This document shows, piece after piece, positions 26,022-32,000 of a stretch of 32,000 nucleotides of DNA. The notes beneath the pieces are model-generated. The model ran no database searches. It was not told the DNA's origin and saw only the letters and a program-made list of their open reading frames with translations. Origin of the DNA: Candidatus Atelocyanobacterium thalassa isolate ALOHA (lineage in GTDB: Bacteria; Cyanobacteriota; Cyanobacteriia; Cyanobacteriales; Microcystaceae); NCBI RefSeq assembly GCF_000025125.1, contig NC_013771.1, positions 150,001 to 182,000 of the forward strand, read 5' to 3'. Numbering within the stretch: the first letter of the stretch is position 1; each line of letters opens with the position of its first letter. Both the position numbers and the translations under genes were made by a program.

Positions 26022-26333
26022 GTGAAACTTAATAAACCAACTATTCTTTTAGCTAAAATAATTTCTATAATTTTAATTAGTAGCGCTATCATATGTGAAT
26101 TGTGTAGTGCATATATATTAGTTAATAATTATGAATCTCATAATTATTTAAGATTTTTACTTTGGATAAGCCGATGCGCACTCATGATTCATTTTATTGA
26201 ATCTTTAATAGTGGTTTACCATATAAGATTGGAAAATAAAAGCTATAAAAACTATGTTAAATATGGAATTTATTCTTTTTTAGTAGGGACAGTAAGTTTA
26301 TTGGAACTAAAAAAAAATAGAAATAAAGTCTAA
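26022..26333 (+). CDS. Hypothetical small membrane protein (about 3 TM segments)
   Basis: 103 aa starting at GTG. It is the only sizeable ORF in the ~970-bp glyS-rsgA gap. Hydrophobic segments are IISIILISSAIICELC, FLLWISRCALMIHFIESLIVV and IYSFLVGTVSLL. I recognise no family. Confidence 0.35.
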   Translation: MKLNKPTILLAKIISIILISSAIICELCSAYILVNNYESHNYLRFLLWISRCALMIHFIESLIVVYHIRLENKSYKNYVKYGIYSFLVGTVSLLELKKNRNKV

Positions 26334-26673
26334 ATATGTACTTATTTTTAACTTAAAACTATTTAAGTACTAATAATATTGAAAGATATTATTTTAATGA
26401 TGCTTTATGAAACGAGTATAATTTAATCTCCATATCACAAAAGTAAGTAAGCAATTTATTAAATCATTATATCCAAGGTCACTTTAAAATATAACTACAT
26501 AATTTTTGAAATTAGTAAATAAAAAATTTATTGAGGATATAAATCTAATACTTTAGAAACAGTAATAATGTTTAATTTTCATATCGTCACTGTTCTTGCA
26601 AAATAATTTCTTCCTCAAATAAATATTAACAATTTATTTTTATAATATAAAATTACTTTTTTACTATCTGCAG

Positions 26674-27783
26674 TTACTCTAAATCTCCATTTTTATAAAA
26701 CTCTCGTAACCTTTGGTTTTTATCCTGCCTAGAATAACGCCGATATTTTTTAATCTCTAATTTTGGTTCATAGACTTCTTTCCCAAAAGCTTTAATTTTA
26801 AGTTTTAATGTTGATTCTTGAACTTTCTTTTTTTGTTCTACTTCTTTTTGTGAAAGCATTTCTGCCAGAATAGTTAAATAATGTTCGTACCTTTCCCAAC
26901 TTTTACTAATAATACAATTTGGTTCACTTCTATGAAGACAATTATTAAATTGACATTCACCTTGTTTGAGTTGGCTTCTCACTTCAGGAAAATAATTAAT
27001 TAGTTTACGAGGATCACATTGTAAGTCAGCTTGATTAAAACCAGGCGTATCAGCTACTAAGCCTCCTTTAGGTAATCTAAAAAGTTCAACATGACGAGTA
27101 GTATGACGGCCTTTGCGCAATTTACCTGAAACTTTATCAACTCTTTGCTCAATATTAGGAACTAACTTGTTAATTAAGCTAGATTTGCCAGCTCCAGAAG
27201 GACCAGCAAAGATTGTAATCTTATTTTGCAAGCAATCATATAGTTCCTGAATCCCCTGAATGTTTAAGATGCTAATTAAATGGGGAGTATATCCCCATTT
27301 TTTCAATCTCATTTTCCATTTTTTCTGTTCATCAGGTTTAATTAGGTCAGCTTTATTAAGACATAAAACTAATGGAATTAATGTTGATTCTGCTTTAATA
27401 AGAAAACGACTCAATTGCCAAGGTTCTAATTCAGGTTCTTTAAAAGGAAAAAGTAAAAGTATCTGATCTGCATTAGCTACTTTGGGACGAGATAATTCTG
27501 TTTTACGAGGCAAGACAGAAATAATTAACCCTCGAAGATCTTGAAGACTAGACTTTTTTATTATTACACGATCTCCTACCATAACGTTTTGTCCAATTTT
27601 TTTAAGACGTTCACGTCGAGTACAAAGTAAATATGAGCTAAAATCATAATTCTCATACTCATGGTTTTCATCTAAATAAACCCGATAAAAGTTAGCTTGA
27701 GCTGCTACGACTGTTCCATAAAATTCTGGAATAGTCGTAGATAAGAAAATATGTGTTGAATCCATATCACACATAATAAACAA
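26674..27783 (-). CDS. rsgA: Ribosome small-subunit-dependent GTPase A (circularly permuted GTPase)
   Basis: LNKADL (G4) precedes GPSGAGKSSLINKL (G1) and DTPGF (G3). The Zn-finger is CQFNNCLHRSEPNC. The start could be one of the nearby in-frame Met codons (MFIMCDM...). Confidence 0.9.
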   Translation of the reverse strand: MFIMCDMDSTHIFLSTTIPEFYGTVVAAQANFYRVYLDENHEYENYDFSSYLLCTRRERLKKIGQNVMVGDRVIIKKSSLQDLRGLIISVLPRKTELSRPKVANADQILLLFPFKEPELEPWQLSRFLIKAESTLIPLVLCLNKADLIKPDEQKKWKMRLKKWGYTPHLISILNIQGIQELYDCLQNKITIFAGPSGAGKSSLINKLVPNIEQRVDKVSGKLRKGRHTTRHVELFRLPKGGLVADTPGFNQADLQCDPRKLINYFPEVRSQLKQGECQFNNCLHRSEPNCIISKSWERYEHYLTILAEMLSQKEVEQKKKVQESTLKLKIKAFGKEVYEPKLEIKKYRRYSRQDKNQRLREFYKNGDLE

Positions 27784-27852
27784 GATTCATAATAAAATAT
27801 AGTGGAATTAATGAGTAATTCTTTATATCGATAGATTTTAATTTTTTAATGT

Positions 27853-28092
27853 TTAAGGACGCAGAATTTTAATAGAAAAAAATCCATGGCAGTCTTCCAT
27901 GGATTCTATCTTGTACCCTTCCATGGCTAAGCTCTCAGGAACCTGCTCCATAGGCTCACCAGCATCTAACCAAACTTCTAAAATAGAACTAGAAGGAATA
28001 CTTTCTAACCTTAATTTAATTCGAATAAAATTTACAGGACAAGAGACGCCACGTAAATCTAAAAGCAATTCATTTGAGTTTAAAGAATTCAT
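27853..28092 (-). CDS. TusA/SirA-like sulfur-carrier family protein
   Basis: 79 aa with the [16 protein letters not shown] motif (conserved Cys-Pro). Its start overlaps the dnaJ stop by 4 bp. Confidence 0.75.
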   Translation of the reverse strand: MNSLNSNELLLDLRGVSCPVNFIRIKLRLESIPSSSILEVWLDAGEPMEQVPESLAMEGYKIESMEDCHGFFSIKILRP

Positions 28093-29219
28093 TTATTAAA
28101 TAGACTTCCTAAGAATCCTTCTATTCCACCTTTCCCATGAGTTTGACCCTTAATTACAGCTAGTTTCTCCAGAAGTTCTCTTTCTTCAGAATTAATTCTA
28201 GTCGGAATGTCTACATTAACTGTAATTAAATGATCACCACGGATAGCATCATTTCCTAACTTTGGTACACCTAGATTATCTAGAGTTAAGATTGTCCTAG
28301 GCTGAGTACCAGAAGGGATGGATAAATCTTTCTTTCCATCTACTGTATCTACTGATACAGTACATCCAAGAATCGCCTGAAGATAACTAATTTTAATTTC
28401 AGAAAGGATATTCATCTTTTCTCTAGTAAATACCTTGTCAGACTCAACATATAGGTATACATAAAGATCTCCTGCCACTCCTCCTCTTAATCCAGCATCT
28501 CCCTTACGTGATACCCTAAGACGAGTTCCATCACCTACCCCAGCTGGAATCGTAATTTTCACTTTCTCAGTTACTTGTCTACGTCCAGCACCTCCACAAA
28601 CTTCACATTTTTCTTTAATAATTTGTCCTTCACCATTACAAGTTGGACAGGTAGAAACTTGAGCAAAGCTTCCAAATGGAGTACGAGTTGAACGACGGAC
28701 TTGGCCTTGGCCATCACAAGTCGGACAAGTAGTTTTTTGTGTCCCTGGCTTAGCCCCACTACCTTGACACACTGTACATATTTCAAGGTGAGGAATACGA
28801 ATTTCTTTCTCTCCTCCAAATATTGCTTCACGAAAATTCAATTTAAGGTCAAGACGTAAATCATCTCCCTTAGTTGGCTCGTTACGGCGACGTGTATTGG
28901 ATGTACCAGCACCACCTCCAAATCCACTAAAAATAGTTTCAAAGATATCGGCAAAACCGCCCATATCTCCCATATCTCCTTGATTAAAACCGTTTGCCCC
29001 ACTAACTCCGGCTTCTCCAAACTGATCATAGCGACTTCGTGTATCAGGCTCAGACAATACCTCGTATGCGCGGTTAATTTCTTTGAAACGTTCTTCAGCT
29101 CCTGCTTCTTTATTTACATCAGGGTGGTATTTTCGTGCAAGACGTCGATAAGCTTGTTTTAAATCGTCTTTACTGGAGTTACGATCAACCCCAAGAGTTT
29201 TGTAGTAGTCACCTGGCAT
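28089..29219 (-). CDS. dnaJ: Molecular chaperone DnaJ (type I Hsp40)
   Basis: The J domain has KYHPDVN and is followed by a G/F-rich region. There are four CxxCxGxG repeats: [32 protein letters not shown]. Confidence 0.96.
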   Translation of the reverse strand: MPGDYYKTLGVDRNSSKDDLKQAYRRLARKYHPDVNKEAGAEERFKEINRAYEVLSEPDTRSRYDQFGEAGVSGANGFNQGDMGDMGGFADIFETIFSGFGGGAGTSNTRRRNEPTKGDDLRLDLKLNFREAIFGGEKEIRIPHLEICTVCQGSGAKPGTQKTTCPTCDGQGQVRRSTRTPFGSFAQVSTCPTCNGEGQIIKEKCEVCGGAGRRQVTEKVKITIPAGVGDGTRLRVSRKGDAGLRGGVAGDLYVYLYVESDKVFTREKMNILSEIKISYLQAILGCTVSVDTVDGKKDLSIPSGTQPRTILTLDNLGVPKLGNDAIRGDHLITVNVDIPTRINSEERELLEKLAVIKGQTHGKGGIEGFLGSLFNK

Positions 29220-29497
29220 AAAATATTAATATCGATTTATTTAAGTAATAGTTTATTAATTTGCTTGATAATTACTTTAGCAAACTATTGTTAAGAAAAT
29301 AATATTATAATTGATTTTTTGAATTATAATTCTTTAATTTGATAATCTAAAAGCAAATATTCTTAAATAGAAATATTTACTAAATAATAACTGTCATCAA
29401 TGTGAATTTATTATTTGACATTTAATTCAAAAATAATTCTAGAGATAAAAAAATAATTGTTATGTTATTTAGAATTCCAAATCTTCTTCTTTTATTA

Positions 29498-31699
29498 TTA
29501 TTGGTCTCCCTTTAATTTTTTTTGTAGTTTTTGTTCCAGTAACTCTTTATTATCTATTATTTCACTTTTAATATTATCTGAGAAAAATGGTTTTTTTGTC
29601 TCATAAATATATTGCTCTTCTTCTTTAACTTGAGAATCTTGACATATATTTGTAATTATTTTTTCTTGTGAATTATCTGATATGGATAGGTCCTGAAAAG
29701 AATCATTGTCTTTCTTATTCTTGTGATTATCTATGATCTCTCCCTTAAAAAATGTAGCTAATTTTTTCGCTATTTGAGTAACTCCATTACTGGGTAAATC
29801 TATTAAATCAGGATCCTTGAAAGATTGTTTAGATATTTTAGTAGAAACACCAACTCCTGATTTACAGGAAAGTTCTTGGTTATTATTTAAAACTGTTTCT
29901 TCTGTATTATTTGTTTTTTGTATATTGTTATTACTATTTAGACTTTTGTTTTTAATTATATTTTTTGCTGGATTATTAGCGCTGTTAGGGATATCTGAAT
30001 TTGATTTACGTAGTAAATCTTGGCTAGATTTTGGCTTTGTTTCTACTTTAAGACTTATGGTAACTTTATGGCCTATGACTTTTTCAAAAGCTAATTCAAT
30101 TTCAGAAAGCTTACTTTTTGTTAGTTCAAGTAATGGAGAACTAGACATACCAACAGTTGCAGTTCTTCCCTTGTGACTAACAAGACACCCATGCTCTTTA
30201 ATTAATCCCGCTAAAAATGGTGGAAGATTTTGTATTATCAAATTCCATGTTCCTTCTAAGTCAGCATTACTAGTTGAAACACTTGATTTACTGCTACTTT
30301 CAACCAGATTTTCTATGTTTCCTTTAGTTTGATCTTCAATTCTTGAATCATCTGTTATCAATTTCTTATTATTGCTATTTTCAACCAGATTTTCTATGTT
30401 TCCCTTAGTTTGATCTTCAATTCTTGAATCATCTGTTATCAATTTCTTATTATTGCTATTTTCAACCAGATTTTTTATGTTTCCCTTAGTTTGATCTTCA
30501 ATTTTTGGATCATCTATTACCAATTTCTTATTACTAGAAAACTTAGCAGCTATATCTAGATTGTTACTATCTATTGAAAATTCTTTTTCTTCTTGCAATA
30601 AATCTAATAAAATAATTTCTATCCAGAGATAAGGCTGAGTTGTGCTTTTTAATTGAATTTCACTATTTCTTAGTTTTTGTTGATTTTTTAGAATTCTATC
30701 AGTTTTCCAAAACTCTGCTTCTATACAGAGCTCTTTCCAGATATCTTTGCTTATCATCGTTAGTTCAGGACATTGGGGAGATACTTTAGAAATAAGTAGA
30801 TTTAAATGAAAATTTGCAATATTTTGCAATATTGTTAATGGTTCCTTACCTTTGTTTATTAATTGTCCACAAAATTCAATAATAAGCTTTGAGTTATTAG
30901 AGCGAATTGCTTGTAACAGTGATAATAGATCTCGCTCAGAAATTAAACCTACTAAATCATTTACTTTTTCGGAATTAATTTTTCCTGTAAATAAACTTAA
31001 TTGATCTAATAAGCTTTCAGCATCTCTTAAACCACCATTAGAAATTTTTGCAACAAGATTTAGCGCATCTATTTCGATATTAATATTCTCTTCTTTCGCT
31101 ATTTTACCTAAATGCTGAACTATCTCTTCAATCGCAATTCGACGATAGTCAAAACGTTGACAACGAGAAATAATCGTAGGTAAGACTCTCTGAGGATCAG
31201 TGGTTGCTAGTATGAATATCACATGTTTTGGAGGTTCTTCTAATATTTTTAGCAAAGCATTAAAAGCTGCTGTGCTAAGCATATGGCATTCATCAACAAT
31301 GTATATTTTGTAGCGTAACTGCATTGGAGCAAATTTTGCTTGCTCAATAATTTCCCGAATATTATCAACTCCTGTATTACTTGCTGCATCAATTTCTATA
31401 ACATCTAATGAAGAACCTTTGTTTATAGTTTGGCATGCTTCGCAATTACCACAAGGGGATATGCTAGGAGCATCTGATGCTAGACAATTAATAGATTTTG
31501 CAAAAATTCTAGCAGTAGATGTTTTACCCGTTCCTCTAGGACCAGTAAATAGGTAAGCATGGGATATACGCTGAGATCTAATAGCATTACTTAAAGTTAA
31601 GACAATTGATTTTTGTCCTACTAAACCATCAAAGGTTTGAGGACGATACTTTTGATACAGAGGTTCATAAAACAGCATAATTTTAGTAATTTGATTCAA
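29498..31699 (-). CDS. dnaX: DNA polymerase III subunit gamma/tau
   Basis: 733 aa with Walker A GPRGTGKTS, Zn module CGNCEACQ, Walker B DECHML and sensor ISRCQRF. The long C-terminal tau-like region contains three 27-aa repeats and an Asn/Ser/Lys-rich tail. Confidence 0.93.
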   Translation of the reverse strand: MNQITKIMLFYEPLYQKYRPQTFDGLVGQKSIVLTLSNAIRSQRISHAYLFTGPRGTGKTSTARIFAKSINCLASDAPSISPCGNCEACQTINKGSSLDVIEIDAASNTGVDNIREIIEQAKFAPMQLRYKIYIVDECHMLSTAAFNALLKILEEPPKHVIFILATTDPQRVLPTIISRCQRFDYRRIAIEEIVQHLGKIAKEENINIEIDALNLVAKISNGGLRDAESLLDQLSLFTGKINSEKVNDLVGLISERDLLSLLQAIRSNNSKLIIEFCGQLINKGKEPLTILQNIANFHLNLLISKVSPQCPELTMISKDIWKELCIEAEFWKTDRILKNQQKLRNSEIQLKSTTQPYLWIEIILLDLLQEEKEFSIDSNNLDIAAKFSSNKKLVIDDPKIEDQTKGNIKNLVENSNNKKLITDDSRIEDQTKGNIENLVENSNNKKLITDDSRIEDQTKGNIENLVESSSKSSVSTSNADLEGTWNLIIQNLPPFLAGLIKEHGCLVSHKGRTATVGMSSSPLLELTKSKLSEIELAFEKVIGHKVTISLKVETKPKSSQDLLRKSNSDIPNSANNPAKNIIKNKSLNSNNNIQKTNNTEETVLNNNQELSCKSGVGVSTKISKQSFKDPDLIDLPSNGVTQIAKKLATFFKGEIIDNHKNKKDNDSFQDLSISDNSQEKIITNICQDSQVKEEEQYIYETKKPFFSDNIKSEIIDNKELLEQKLQKKLKGDQ
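30298..30540 (-). repeat. In-frame tandem repeat, 3 x 81 bp, inside dnaX
   Basis: The period of exactly 81 nt was verified by coordinates (CAACCAG at 30301, 30382, 30463). Copies 1 and 2 differ at a single synonymous position (cctttag vs cccttag). Copy 3 differs from copy 2 at more than a dozen of its 81 positions, clustered toward its end. Confidence 0.95.
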
Positions 31700-31868
31700 A
31701 CATATTTAATCATGTTCTGATAAAAATTTAATAATTTTAAATAGATAAACATCATTAAAAGTTAAATGGAAATTTCAAACTTAGTTTTTTTATTTTTTAA
31801 ACTTCATCCTGTTAAAGTATTAGATACTAAATTTCTCCAATTTATATATAAAGGTAACAACAAATCTC

Positions 31869-32000
31869 ATGAGTAAAAGAACTATTAATGCTAGAGACTT
31901 ATTCCGTTCTGCATATGAAAATCGCTATACTTGGGACGCTAATTTCCCAGGATATACTGCGAGTATAACTTTTCGAGAAAATGATCAAGTCTTTTCTGGT
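31869..32000 (+). CDS. Conserved cyanobacterial hypothetical protein, 3' end beyond the window
   Basis: The frame is open from the ATG at 31869 to the window end: MSKRTINARDLFRSAYENRYTWDANFPGYTASITFRENDQVFSG. The composition looks like real protein (RYTWD, NFPGY). It is absent from the ORF track because no stop lies in the window. Confidence 0.5.
   Translation, partial: MSKRTINARDLFRSAYENRYTWDANFPGYTASITFRENDQVFSG

Noticed and set aside
29220-29497. CIRCE (TTAGCACTC-N9-GAGTGCTAA) heat-shock operator upstream of dnaJ
   Set aside because: Only a lone TTAGCA occurs, with no matching inverted half-site.
29498-31699. Intein in DnaX, as found in some cyanobacteria
   Set aside because: The Walker A, Zn module, Walker B and sensor motifs are contiguous at normal spacing. 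No Cys/Ser…His-Asn splicing blocks interrupt them. The extra length is explained by the C-terminal repeats and the low-complexity tail.
1-32000. Search for mobile elements, CRISPR arrays, prophage or defence islands across the whole window
   Set aside because: There is no transposase, integrase or recombinase-like ORF and no terminal inverted repeats flanking any gene block. The only regularly spaced direct repeats are the in-gene dnaX and GGN repeats. Every large ORF has a housekeeping or conserved-hypothetical assignment.

Overview
This is an AT-rich chromosomal segment (about 30% G+C by eye, not computed) whose proteins are clearly cyanobacterial. They include an m-type thioredoxin of the unicellular Cyanothece/Crocosphaera kind, NdhF/NdhD, HU, several cyanobacteria/plastid-lineage conserved hypotheticals and a Yfr1 sRNA. 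From the ORF coordinates about 85% of the window is coding. I support 26 CDS (two cut by the window edges), one tRNA-Ala(UGC), one sRNA (Yfr1), a few terminators and -10 elements, and several short tandem or inverted repeats. Gene content is mostly housekeeping: pcrA, trxA, a dihydroorotase-like gene, an aspartate aminotransferase, ndhF-ndhD, cbiD, trhO, ribBA, hup, glyS, rsgA, dnaJ and dnaX. I see no transposase, integrase, phage, CRISPR, toxin-antitoxin or recognisable defence genes. The window reads as core genome of a streamlined AT-rich cyanobacterium, free-living or endosymbiont-like; that lineage call is inference only. I do not find convincing evidence for a novel multi-gene system. 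The best leads are: (1) an unannotated Yfr1-type sRNA upstream of trxA; (2) a secreted Gly-X-X-repeat, Cys-containing protein carrying a (GGN)6 microsatellite; (3) a dihydroorotase homologue that has lost most metal-ligand histidines (PyrC'-like pseudoenzyme); (4) a CO2-uptake-type ndhF-ndhD pair without an adjacent cup gene; (5) a recent in-frame 3 x 81 bp tandem repeat in dnaX; (6) a Tat-signal metallophosphoesterase next to a secreted helical-repeat protein; (7) a divergent GT2 / fused 4+4-TM DMT pair; (8) a run of three conserved genes of unknown function downstream of hup.
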